Below are positions 30,305 through 42,202 of a stretch of DNA of 64,000 nucleotides, in pieces. How positions within the stretch are numbered: position 1 is the stretch's first letter; each line of letters starts with the position of its first letter. The translations under genes and the position numbers were made by a program. The DNA lies in the NCBI GenBank assembly GCA_951406725.2, contig OX597821.1:91388001-91452000 (forward strand), given 5' to 3'. A model generated the notes under the pieces. The model made no database searches, was not told where the DNA came from, and saw nothing but the letters and a program-made list of their open reading frames with translations. This stretch comes from Octopus vulgaris. Taxonomy: Eukaryota.

Positions 30305-32201
30305 AATGTTCTGCGCCATGAGGATGAAAGACTTGAGGTATTTCGCGTTGCAAGACAGTGTGTGAGAGAGAATCGTGACGTGGTAGGAGAGAAATGTGTT
30401 CGCAAGGATGACGGTTCACTTGCACTAAATGAGGATACAAAGAGAGAGGTTTGGAGATGCCACTATGAAAGGTTGCTGAATCAGGAAAATGAATGGGATA
30501 AAGAGAGTCTGCCGAATGTCGACCCAACAGAGGGACCAACAATCCGAGTTGACAGTTCCTTAGTAGTTAAGGCAATTACAAGCATGAAAACAGGAAAAGC
30601 CCCAGGCCCATCAGGAATTACTGCAGAGATGCTCAAAATATCTGGTAGTGTCGGCTATAGCCTAGTCACCCGTATAGTTAACAAGGTGATACACGAAGGA
30701 GTCATACCCAATGACTGGTGTAGCAGCATACTAGTCAACTGCTACAAAGGTAAAGGTGACGCCCTAGATACAAATAACTACAGGGGTATCAAGCTGCTGG
30801 ATCAGGTAATGAAGGTTACGGAGAGGGTTATAGCCCAACTTATTAGAGAAAGAGTTAGCTTAGATGAGATGCAGTTTGGGTTCGTGCCAAGGAAAAGTAC
30901 TACTGATGCTATATTCCTGGTAAGACAGCTGCAAGAGAAATACCTAGCCAAAGATAAGCCCTTGTACCTGGCTTTTGTTGACATGGAGAACGCCTTTGAC
31001 AGGGTCCCCCGATCCCTTATCTGGTGGTCAATGAGGAAACTAGGGATAGATGAATGGTTAGTGAGAGCTGTGCGAGCTATGTACAGAGACGCTGCTAGTA
31101 AGGTGAGGGTTGGCAACGAGTACAGTGAAGAATTCCGGGTAGAGGTTGGGGTCCACCAAGGTTCAGTCCTCAGTCCCCTCCTATTTATCATAGTCCTCCA
31201 GGCAATAACGGAGGAATTCAAGACAGGATGCCCCTGGGAGCTCCTCTATGCTGATGACCTTGCTCTAATTGCTTAGTCACTATCAGAACTGGAAGAGAAG
31301 TTTCAGGTGTGGAAGCAAGGATTAGAATCGAAGGGCCTTAGAATCAACCTAGCCAAAACCAAAGTCCTAATAAGTAGGAAGGTAGACCAATCACAAACGA
31401 CTTCAGGTAGATGGCCCTGCTCGATCTGTAAAAAAGGTGTAGGTAGAAACTCTATAAGGTGCACCAAGTGTAAGCTATGGACACATAAGAGGTGCAGCAA
31501 TGTCAAAGGAAGGCTAACTAGGAAAATAGTTTTTGTCTATGGCATCTGCCACAGGAGCAATAAACACTGGAAATGTGCAGAGACCAACTTTTACCACGTT
31601 CCAGGGAGACAAACTAGAAGTAGTTGAAAGCTTCCGCTACCTAGGAGACCAAGTCAGTAGCGGGGGTGGGTGTGCTGAAAGTGTAACTGCTAGAGTAAGA
31701 ATAGCCTGGGCAAAGTTTAGAGAGCTCTAACCCCTGCTGGTGACAAAAGGCCTCTCGCTCAGAGTAAAAGGCAGACTGTATGATGCATGTGTACGTACAG
31801 CCATGCTACATGGTAGTGAAACATGGGCCGTGACTGCTGAGGATATGCATAAGCTCGCAAGAAATGAAGCCAGTATGCTCCGATGGATGTGTAATGTCAG
31901 TGTTCATAATCGACAGAGTGTAAGTACCTTGAGAGAAAAGTTGGACCTAAGAAGCATCAGTTGTGGTGTGCAAGAGAGACGTTTGCGCTGGTATGGTCAT
32001 GTGACGAGAATGGCTGAAGATAGTTGTGTGCAAAAGTGCTACACCCTAGCAGTTGAGGGAACCTGTGGAAGAGGTAGACCCAGGAAAACCTGGGACGTGG
32101 TGGTGAAGCACGACCTTCGCACTTTAGGTCTCACCAAGGAAATGACTAGAGACCGAGACCTATGGAAGTATGCTGTGCGTGAGAAGACCCGGCAAGACTA
32201 G
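30305..32201 (+). pseudogene. RTE reverse transcriptase pseudogene
   Basis: GKAPGPSG, NYRGIKLL, QFGF, AFVDMENAFDRV, GVHQGSVLSPLLF, YADD, FRYLG, GSETW, RLRWYGHV, RGRPRKTW; stops at 31274-31276 and 31728-31730 and a frameshift near 31550. Confidence 0.96.
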
Positions 32202-32862
32202 TGAGACCATAACCTGTAGCCTCTACCTGGTATGTGGCCAGTCGACTTATACATACCTTTCCTTTTTGGGACACAAAACTCCACTTGTGAAGACCCATTG
32301 AGGCAAGTGAAAATCAAAATCAAAATCAAATCAAACCAAATCAAATCAGATATCAGAAAGCAGAACCAAAATCGAAGTTGATCAACATCAATGGAAATTG
32401 CGGCTGTGATACCAGTGCCGGTGACAAGTAAGCAAACCATCCGATCGTGGCCGTTGCCAGCGCCGCCCCGACTGGCCTCCGTGCCGGTGACACGTAAAAA
32501 GCACCATCCGTTCGTGGCTGTTGCCAGCCTCACCTGGCCCCCGTGCCGGAGGTACGTAAAAAGCACCATCCGTTCGTGGCCATTGCCAGCACCGCCCCGA
32601 CTGGCCTCCATGCCGGTTGCACGTAAAAGCACCATCTGTTCGTGTCCATTTGCCAGCTCCGTCTGGCTCCTGTGCGGGTGGCACGTAAAAAGCATCCACT
32701 ATACTCGCAGAGTGGTTGGCGTTAGGAAGGGCATCCAGCCGTAGAAACACTGCCAGATCAGACTGATGCAGCCTTCTGGCTTCACAGACCCCAGTTGAAC
32801 CGTCCAACCCATGGTAGCATGGAAAACGGATGCTAAATGATGATGATGATGATGATGATGAT
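30305..32862 (+). mobile_element. 5'-truncated RTE-clade LINE with VNTR-containing 3' region and (GAT)n tail
   Basis: RT ORF, then about 660 bp of 3' region, then (GAT)n; (TA)n on both sides. Confidence 0.95.
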
Positions 32863-32866
32863 ATAC

Positions 32867-32899
<33 letters not shown>

Positions 32900-33100
32900 A
32901 AGTTAATCCAAACATGAAAACACAAAGAGAAAACACAACAACTTGAGGACGTGGAACAAGTATAATGTTATTAGATGCTCAGGAAAGAAGGAGGGTTTAA
33001 CGTTTCGAGCAGAGCTCTTCATCAGAAACATAGGAAAAGGAAAGATCCAATGAAGGGAAGACCGAGGAAAAAAATTGCCAACCGTACAGATGCGGCCAAA
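32900..33100 (-). mobile_element. Penelope-like terminal-repeat remnant abutting (TA)n
   Basis: Hammerhead motif plus downstream tcctgagc...ctaata also found after the 29414 and 39806 motifs. Confidence 0.65.
32995..33029 (-). ncRNA. Minimal type I hammerhead ribozyme motif (canonical core)
   Basis: Minus strand: gttt CTGATGA a gagc-tct-gctc GAAA cg TT aaac. Confidence 0.8.
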
Positions 33101-33226
33101 GCTAAATTTAGATTCAAACGAATATAGTACTTAAGTCAGATGCACCTGAATTTTGTACGGTATTATCCATATAAATCCATAGGGTGATTATAATCAAAGT
33201 AAGCAACAAGAATATCTTTGGTAATT

Positions 33227-33310
33227 TGGTACAATCGTTTCATGCTATAACATCTTATTAAACATTGTAAGTATTACATCAGTTTTAAAATGTTGAGCAA
33301 TCTTCAGCCA
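33227..33310 (-). ncRNA. Candidate type I hammerhead with long helix II
   Basis: Minus strand: tgg CTGAAGA ttgctcaacatttta...taagatgttatagcat GAAA c-gatt-g TA cca. Confidence 0.5.
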
Positions 33311-33754
33311 TTCATAGAGGTTTTCCATCAATACATATACTTATTTCCATGTCAATTGCTAACATTATAAAGATGGTAGATAAACAGACAGAGAGGTTGA
33401 TTTGATTCTTAAGAACATCATAGTTTTAGAATTTATCTTCTGACTGTAGATTTTTCTTTTAGTTATTTGGATCTGCTAGTGAGGAGGGAGGGATATTTGG
33501 TTGAATGGCAAGAGAGTTTTTCTATAGATATAGGGAGGGGTAAAATAAATGTCAAAAGTTATTCATGTTGAAGTTAAAGTGGTAGGGGGATTATAGATTA
33601 ATAATGTCTTAGAGGTTGCCTACTACTACTTGGCATTCTGACCTTGTATCAAGAAAACTAAACCAATACCCTTTTTACAATTAACTAAATGACCTCAATA
33701 AAGCATTTGTATCTTATAAAGTTATAGAAAATATAGAGATTCTTTTACATTTGC

Positions 33755-33793
<39 letters not shown>

Positions 33794-33864
33794 TTTGCAT
33801 TAATATATATAATCATAATTGGCTAGTAAGTGGTGATTATTTTAATAAGTTGGATTAAAAGAAA

Positions 33865-34270
33865 ATGTTAGACTTAATATTCAGCCAGTTATAGAGATCA
33901 TCCTTCACATTCATTGCAGTGAGTTTTACCATGAGTCGTATGTATGACATAGAGTTGAAGGTTTTAGCAAAATCAAGGTAGACAGCATCCACCTATAAAC
34001 TGCCACCAGTAACTCGGGTGATGTCCTCAAGAAACTCGAGAAATTGATTACAGTAGCTGGAGTTGGAGATAAAACCAAATTGTGATGGTCGAATAAGGCT
34101 GTGAGAGCTCCAAAAGTTCCAGAGTGTTTCTCTGACTCAGGACTCCATCAGTTTGGTGATGCAGCTAGTAAGGCTGACTGGACGGTAGTTGACAGGTGAT
34201 GTGCGAACACCTGTTTTGAACAGGGGAATAACACTGGTAATTTTTCTGTAGTCTAGAATGACACAGTTGT
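33865..34270 (-). pseudogene. CR1-type LINE RT fragment
   Basis: Minus strand: NYRPVSLTSCITKLMES, QFGF, VDAVYLDFAKTFNS. Confidence 0.85.
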
Positions 34271-35499
34271 TCTAAATACACATTGATGTTAATATACATG
34301 CATACATGTGACACCTTAGTGAAGCAGCACTTGTTCTGTGCAGTTTATAGTTTTCACTTTAATTCTGTAAATTAGCATTCATGTAAAGAATGACATAGCC
34401 TATAAACAAATCATACAAAACACTAATATCATTCTTCGTTTCACTTTTCTAAATATCTGTGAAAGGTCATAATTTTTTTCATTTTCTGCAAACTTCAAGT
34501 GTTGCTGGTTTAGACAACTTACAATGTTAACATTTGGACCATACAAGTCAAGAGCACTGCAATACGAATTTTGTTGACCAATCAACAACTTAACTTTTGG
34601 AGCAGCAATTTTATGCAGGTTCTTATAAAATTTGATTTTAGAAGAAAATTCAATGAAAGACAATTGCTAGGAGAACCTCTGCAAGTCAGAACTTAAATTT
34701 TTACATACACTATATTTTAATTTTATTCAAGCTTATTGAAAGTTCATGCAAATAATTTCTTTTTGCAAATTTGATGTAAAAAATACTGAATTATTAACAT
34801 GATGTTTTTTATTATTTGTGTATGTTGCTGTTTGTCTTCATTTCTGTATATTTCTTAACTTATTAAAAAGTGCTTAACTAATTAAATTTTATTAACAATC
34901 ATTCTCTTAAAATTTCTTTAGAGATATTGGTAATCTTTTGCTCCATTCAATCATTTCATTAGAATGATCAGTTTGTTATGTTTGAGATAATATTAAAATG
35001 AATAAGAATAACGAGAAGGAGGATGACAAGAATAACGATTCCAATATTAAAATTATTTAATTATGCTCCGAGAAGAAATATTATAGATCATGACGCTTTC
35101 ACAGAATATATGTTCAATAAATGTGACCGGCAAGCGACAAAAGCACAGTTAAACAGAAGAGTGAAAACTGTGCACTCATATAAAGAAATGAACAATCAAT
35201 ATGCATTATCGGTCTCTACAGAAATATGATTAAATCCAAAATGTCTGGAAATAGACAACATAAATACATTGTCTACAGGGATCAAGTTAGTGTCTAGCAG
35301 AGATAGCAGGAAAATATTTTATCAGTAAGAGTTCATTTAACAGTTTCTAAATCTCATGCAGAATTATTTCCGTGTGATGGAATAGTGTGTTCATCTGAAA
35401 TATGGAAAGTAAATTTATATCAAAATCAGTATGGAGAGTGTTTATGAGAATTGAACTTTCAAACTGCAAAATTTTGCCAAATATCTTTTCAGAACCATT

Positions 35500-35585
35500 A
35501 GAGCATTGGAATATTTGCTCTGACTCCCTGTGGTCTGAGTTCATATCACACCAAGGTTAAACTTTGTCTTTCATCTTTCAAGATC
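35500..35585 (+). mobile_element. Nin/Deu-type SINE fragment
   Basis: tctgagttcatatcacaccaaggttaaactttgtctttcatcttt. Confidence 0.5.
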
Positions 35586-35984
35586 AGTCAGAAGATACCA
35601 ATATAAAGTGGTTGATTGGAAAAATTGTAAAACGTTATACCCGATGGTTTGCCATATTTCTTCTTAATCTTTGCTTCCTGAATTCAAACTCAATCACAAC
35701 CTACTTGGGTGGCAAACATAAGCAATTGCCTGGTTTAATTGTCATCACTTGACAATTAGGTTGTCATTGGCTAAGTCCACTATACTGCAAGAATTCAGGC
35801 TACATTTCCCATTTGAGGATTCCTTTTACCCAAATTTCTCAGAGGGTCTGTAACAGGCACTGTCTTTATTCTTGATTAAAAGATTTTAAAAAAATGATTT
35901 TGTTTGAAAACTGGTAATTTTTTAACATATTGATTTGACTGGATTCATCACATTTCTGTGTGTGTGTGTGGATGTGTGGATGGG

Positions 35985-36435
35985 GTTGATCCAGGAAGGC
36001 ATCGAATGAAGTAGTGAGAAAGGACCTTCAGATGTTGGGCCTCACAGAGAGGATGACTGAGGAATGAGACTTCTGTTGGTTTGCTGTGCTTGTGAAGACA
36101 TATCAGGCTAAGTAAAATCGTATTTGTCCTTGCATAATGGCATTTCCCTGCATCCCTCTCCGGCTGAGCATTCCTAATCTTGTGGGTTCATTGGTGCTAC
36201 TGCCAGGTAAAAAACACCCATACTGGTGCCACGTAATCACACTCATGCTGGTGCTACATCAAAGCACTCAGTACACACTGGAATGTAGGTGGTGTTAGGA
36301 AGGGTGTTCAGTCATAGAAACCATGCCAAAACAGACATGAAGCCTGGGCAGCTCTTCAGCTGGTCAATTCCTGTCAAACCGTCCAGCACATGCTACCAGA
36401 GAAATCAGATGTTAAATGACAACGATGACGATGAT
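35985..36435 (+). mobile_element. Older RTE copy: ORF end plus 3' module
   Basis: EVVRKDLQMLGLTERMT...AVLVKT parallels DVVVKHDLRTLGLTKEMT...AVREKT; then gttaggaaggg...gttaaatgac(gat)n. Confidence 0.8.
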
Positions 36436-36829
36436 TATATATATATATACATATACATACATTCATATATATATATATATATATATATATACAAGTCTTT
36501 CTATCTCAACTGTTGAAAATCAGGGAAATCTGTGAAACCGGTAAAGTCTTTAAAAATAAAAAATCTAAATGAATCCAAGTTCATTTTCAACTTCATATCT
36601 TCACCACCATCTCTCCCTTCACTCTTTTCTCTCTCTTTTCTTTCTCTTCACTCTCTGTTTCTTCTCTCTTTCTCTCTTTCTTTCACTTTCTCTCTCCTAC
36701 TGGGGTAACTATGTATCTCCTTTTCTGTAAGATGTCTATTTCTGTCCATTTAATCATGCTCCAACATCTCATCTCTTAGTACAAAGCCTCCTTCTGCTAT
36801 ATTTCTCTAACTTCCACTTGAGGGTCTTG

Positions 36830-37030
36830 TCTTTGTAGGTTGTTTGGTGACTTCAATGCAGCTGGTGCTACATAAAGACCACAGAGAAGAGTTTGTAAAG
36901 TTGTAGGCATTAGGAAGGACACCCAGCTATAGAAACTATGATGAAGCAGGCAATAGAACCTAGTGCAGTCTTCTAGTTTGCAAGCTTCTCTCAAACCATC
37001 CAACCCATGATGGTTATGATGATGATAATG
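36830..37030 (+). mobile_element. Diverged RTE 3' module
   Basis: ggcattaggaaggacacccagctatagaaac...aaccatccaacccatg(atg)n. Confidence 0.65.
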
Positions 37031-37125
37031 ATGATGAAGATAATGATGATGATTATATATGTGCATGTGTATGTATATGTATGTATATAGACATGTATGT
37101 GTATATGTGTGTGTGTTTCTATATA

Positions 37126-37360
37126 TTCTCTTTTACTCTCTTTTACTTGCTTCAGTCATGTGACTGTTCCCATACTGGAGCACCGCCTTTAGTTGAGCAA
37201 ATCGCCCCCAGTACTTATTCTCTGTAAGCCTAGTACTTATTCTATCAGTCTCTTTTGCCGAAATGTTAAGTTACGGGGACATAAACACACCACCATCAGT
37301 TGTCAAGCGATGTTGGGTGGACAAACACAGACACACAAACATACATATACACACACACAC

Positions 37361-37409
<49 letters not shown>

Positions 37410-37581
37410 CATATATATGACGGGCTTCTTTCAGTTTCCGTCTACCAAATCCACTCACAAGGCTTTGGTCGGCCCAAGGCTATAGTAGAAGACATTTGCC
37501 CAAGGTGCCATGTAGTGGAAAGGAACCCGGAACCATGTGGTTGGTAAGTAAGCTACTTACCACACAGCCATTCCTGCACCT
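37126..37581 (-). mobile_element. Full-length CORE-type SINE
   Basis: Family match. Confidence 0.92.
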
Positions 37582-39009
37582 ATATATAATATTTTCATAT
37601 TTTTAAGTGAAAATGCATAATATTCACTACATAGGTGTGTTTGAAGTGTGTTGAATGTCTTAATAAGCTCTGGTGGCAAAATGAATGGGATGACTATTAT
37701 TATTATCATTATTATTTTCATCATCATCATCGTCGTCATCACCACCATCACCACCAAGACCACCACCATCCACATCATCATAATCTTCATTATGGTTATT
37801 ATGATGCTCTTAATTATACATTTTTCACTTAATTTTCCATAAGTTCAGGATTTGTTTTTACAGTGACTTCAAAAGTTATTTCTCCTGCACAAATCAAATG
37901 CTAAACAATTTATAAATAAAATAGGCAAGAGGGAAATCAAAGGCTAAAAATGTATAAAAAACAAAAAAATAACTTCCTTTTAATTCACTTTTTCAATAAA
38001 ACTTGAACACTTATTTAAGCGTTTATATATACACATATATTCTTGTGTGTATTAACAGTATATATTGAGATGCATGTGCGTATACAAAAATACATATGCA
38101 TAGTTTTATATATACATATGCATGAATATAAGTGAATATATGTTCCATATATGTTGTGTATACATACATATATGTGGGGCGGGGTGGGGGTGAATATGTG
38201 CGTGTGTGTGTATGCATGTATACAACCCACAAACATAAATACATACTTGTGTATAAAAACACATGTGAAATCATACTGCTGCATGTATAGGAATGTATTC
38301 ACAAGCATAGATACATAAAAGTGTGTGTGTATGAAAACAAGCTTACATATATACACATTTATCTACGTATACCTTTACACACACACACAACAAATACATA
38401 AACATATATATGTATATACATATATTATTTTATACCAAATCATATTAAATAATGTTTTATATTTTCCTTAAAATTTATTCAAAAGTTAATATCTGAAGAA
38501 GAAAATTTCTAAACTTGGTAAAATTCTGAAAAATAATGACTAAGATGATGAAGATATTAACTGGTTGATATCTTCAAATTTTGAAACCTCTCAATGCTTT
38601 TGATCTCATTTTAATTATCTCAGAGATGAATTTAATTGTTTAAGAATCATTAAGCACCCAGCCCATACACAATGCACAAATTAACAACTCTAAACATTAC
38701 TAGTTAATTAGCAATTCAAAAATCCAGCAATATTGTTGTTATTGCTATTCATATTTTTGTTTTATTTGCTTGGAGTTGAAAATTATTTAGTTTTACACAA
38801 TAAAAAACAAATAATAAAATGGAATGGATGCAGAGGGTTACGAGCCCCATATAGAGAAAGAAACAAAAGCTATTAAGAGAATTCTGTTATTAATTTTCTA
38901 TTAAGAGTGGAAATTTGTCTCATCTCTAATATGCTACACAAATTAAGGTTAACCAAATTCTAAAAGTACCTTTGGGATTTAACAATGAAAGGAATCGACT
39001 TATTTTGAA

Positions 39010-39035
39010 TTATCATCATCATCACCATCATTGTT

Positions 39036-39078
<43 letters not shown>

Positions 39079-39285
39079 ATATCATCATTATCGTCATCGA
39101 CATCGTCAACATCTTCATCATCATCATCGTCATTGCCATCACCATCATCATTCATCATCATTGTCGTCGTCATCATCTGTCATCACCATCGTCATCGCTG
39201 TTGTCGTCATCGTCATGGTCATCGTTTTCATCATCATCGTAATCCTTCTCATCAACAGCAACATCATCATCATCATCATCATTGT
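39010..39285. repeat. Degenerate (CAT)n array (similar array at 37690-37800)
   Basis: Directly visible; source of the poly-His, poly-Ser and poly-Met ORFs. Confidence 0.95.
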
Positions 39286-39392
39286 TGTTTTGTATTTATT
39301 GTTATTGCTGATCAGCACCTGGTATTTTCTGATGGAGCAAAACAATGATCAAAGTTGCTCTAGCAGTGATCATTCCTCTTTTATTCAAAGTA

Positions 39393-39785
39393 TACTCTTT
39401 TACTTGTTTCAGTCATTTAACTGTGGCCATGCTGGAGCACCACCTGTAGTCAAGCAAATTGACCCCAGGACTTATTCTTTGTAAGCCTAGTACTTATTCT
39501 ATACGTTTCTTTTGCCAAACCAAAGTTACGGTAATGTAAACACACCAGCATCGGTTGTCAAGTGATGTTGAGGGTCAAACACTGACACACAAACATAGAT
39601 ACACACACATACATATATATACATATATGCGACAGGCTTCTTTCAGTTTCTGTCTACCAAGTCCACTCACAACACTTTGGTTGGCTCGAGGCTATAGTAG
39701 AAGACACTTGCCCAAGGTGCCACACAGTGGGACTGAACCCGGAACCGTGTGGTTCGTAAGCAAGCTACTTACCACACAGCCACTC
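39393..39785 (-). mobile_element. Full-length CORE-type SINE
   Basis: Family match. Confidence 0.92.
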
Positions 39786-39932
39786 ACTGTTTATTTTCTC
39801 TTATTCCTTTCTGTAGAAGAGCATAGGCTCGAAATGTAAAAGGGTTTTGCATTTTCCTGAGCGTCAAACTAATACACTTGCTTGTTGTTCATACACCTGT
39901 CTTCGTCTTTTGTTTTTCTATAAACTTCAACT
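39786..39932 (+). mobile_element. Penelope-like terminal-repeat remnant
   Basis: Homologous to 29400-29550; ends at tatatat. Confidence 0.65.
39806..39843 (+). ncRNA. Minimal type I hammerhead motif (A6U core variant)
   Basis: ccttt CTGTAGA a gagc-atag-gctc GAAA tg TA aaagg. Confidence 0.62.
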
Positions 39933-40344
39933 ATATATGTCTAAAAATATATTACCCAATGCGTATTTCTCATTTTTAAAGATGGTAGAATATGGTTTGT
40001 GGGACATTCGTTTGATATTTTTAGTAGGTGAAATGGCAACATCGAAGTATACTCATTGGATTGTTTATATTTTTTATAGTTGACTTCTCTTAATTCTAAA
40101 TGTTTCAAGGACTTTTCCCGCTATTCTGTCCCAGGATTTTTTCTGAAGTCTCAAAAAACTGAATTGCTCTTGTGATGGGGTCGACTATAAGGAATGCATA
40201 TCTACTTGATTAAGAAATCATTAACTCAATCACCATCATAACTTGATCATAGGCAATGTGTCTATGTTATATTCTTATTTTCCTCAAGTTCTTTCTAGGA
40301 AAATCTCTTAGCCTCCTCTTATAAGTTTGAATTTCTCTGCTTAA

Positions 40345-40564
40345 CCCTTTAGTGTTTAAACCGGCCATACCAGGCCAAAATTGTCTTCCTGTTATATGCT
40401 CAAACCAGCCAGCTCTGACCTCTCACACCTACCCTACAAAGTCATTCTAAAAATAAACAGGGACATCATCAAAATCTCAGAGTTACAAGATGCTGTACAA
40501 TTAATTTTAAACAATGTGATTAAACAGGCTTTACATCTGACAGAGTAATCTGAATGCTAAAGGG
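40345..40564. mobile_element. TTAA-target MITE (piggyBac-like)
   Basis: TTAA at 40341-40344 and 40565-40568; TIR ccctttagtgttta / tgaatgctaaaggg. Confidence 0.85.
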
Positions 40565-40619
40565 TTAAATCAGAAATCACAATTCAGAAACCATCGTATT
40601 AGCCCTACTACATTCTGAA

Positions 40620-40905
40620 TGCCAGCACTGCCTCAACTGACTTCCGTGTCGGTGGCACGTAAAATGCACCAATCCGACCGTGGCCGATGCCAGCCTCGCC
40701 TGGCACCAGTGCAGGTGGTACGTAAAAAGCACCCACTACACTCACGGAGTGGTTGGCGTTAGGAAGGGCATCCAGCTGTAGAAACATTGCCAGATAAGAC
40801 CGGAGCCTGGTGCAGCCCTCTGGCTTCCCAGATCCCCGGTCGAACCGTCCAACCCATGCTAGCATGGAGAACGGACGTTAAACGATGATGATTATGATGA
40901 TGATG
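40620..40905 (+). mobile_element. Young RTE 3' module
   Basis: Closely matches 32580-32860. Confidence 0.9.
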
Positions 40906-41129
40906 TTCCTATTAGTGAAAAAAACAAGGAAATCAGTAAACACCTCATCTGAAAATCCCTAACGTTTTATATATTCAGGTCACACTTATAAGACTAAGTT
41001 GTTGCACAGTTAAATAATTCAAATAGTAATAAGGATAGGCATTTCTTGGTGATCCAGAGGGAAAATTATGAGCAAAAATATCAAATAATCACATATACAC
41101 AAAAAAAAATGCACCACTAGTAAGTCAAT

Positions 41130-41380
41130 ATGATGATGATGACAATGATGATGATAATGAATTTGATGGTGGTGGGGGTGAGTAGGAGGAGGAGGCAGAA
41201 GAAGAGGTATAGAAAGAGGCAGAGGCAGATGTGGAAGCAGACGAGGCAGAGGCAGATGTGGTTGCGGACAAAGCAGATGAGGCAGAGAAAAGAAAGTGAA
41301 GAAGAAGAGGAAGAGGAAGAAGAAGAAGAAGAAGAAGAAGAAGAAGAAGAAGAAGAAGAAGAGCAAGTGGTAGGAGGGAG
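41130..41380. repeat. (GAT)n, (GAGGCA)n and (GAA)n low-complexity tract
   Basis: Directly visible. Confidence 0.9.
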
Positions 41381-41776
41381 CATCCTTTGCTGATTTTGAC
41401 ATGGATGACCACTTAGTCGTTTGATCAACCGAACTTGATACCAAATAATTTAACATGTAGGTGAATCAGACACATTCCCTTAATGTACTTTTCAGGTAGA
41501 GTATGTGTGACACAAAATGTAATATGGCTGGAACTTTGAATAACAGATGTAGTCTTGTAGGCTTCCACATAATTTCTGTTTACACAGCTCCATTCACACA
41601 GCTTGGACCACGTATGCTATAGAGCAAGTATGGGAAATAATAAGAGAATAGAAGACAAAGAGTATGTAATTTCTTGCAGAGAAGAGTGTAAAAAGCAGTG
41701 AGGGATCTCATCACTGTTTGGCTGAAAACTTTGAAATTTTAAAATTTAGGGAAAATTTTCAAATTTGGTGTATTGA

Positions 41777-42009
41777 TACTCTTTTACTCTTTTATTTGTT
41801 TCAGTCATTTGACTGTGGCCATGCTGGAGCACCACCTTTTTAGTCGAGCAAATCAACCCCAGGACTTATTCTTTGTAAGCCTAGTACTTATTCTAATGGT
41901 TGCTTTTGCCGAACTGCTAAGTTATGGGGATGTAAACACACCAGCAACGGTTGTAAAGCGATGTTAGGGGGACAAACACAGACACACAAACATATACACA
42001 CACTCATAC

Positions 42010-42062
<53 letters not shown>

Positions 42063-42202
42063 TATATACGATGGGGTGCTTTCAGTTTCCGTCTACCAAA
42101 TCCACTCACAAGGCTTTGGTCGGCCCGAGGCTATAGTAGAAGACACTTGCCCAAGGTACCATGTGGTTTGTAAGCAAGCTACTTACCACACAGCCACTCC
42201 TG
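41777..42202 (-). mobile_element. CORE-type SINE with B-box region deleted
   Basis: Family match; cccaaggta joins ccatgtggtt directly, so the gtgggactgaacccgg segment is missing. Confidence 0.9.

Noticed and set aside
34400-34663. 87-aa minus-strand ORF as a possible host exon
   Set aside because: No recognisable domain and a weak acceptor context; cannot be supported without RNA data.
35023-35229. 68-aa ORF in non-repetitive sequence
   Set aside because: Length is expected by chance; no motif recognised.
38972-39484. His-rich ORF with an apparent transmembrane segment
   Set aside because: Degenerate (CAT)n read in different frames, running into a SINE tail.
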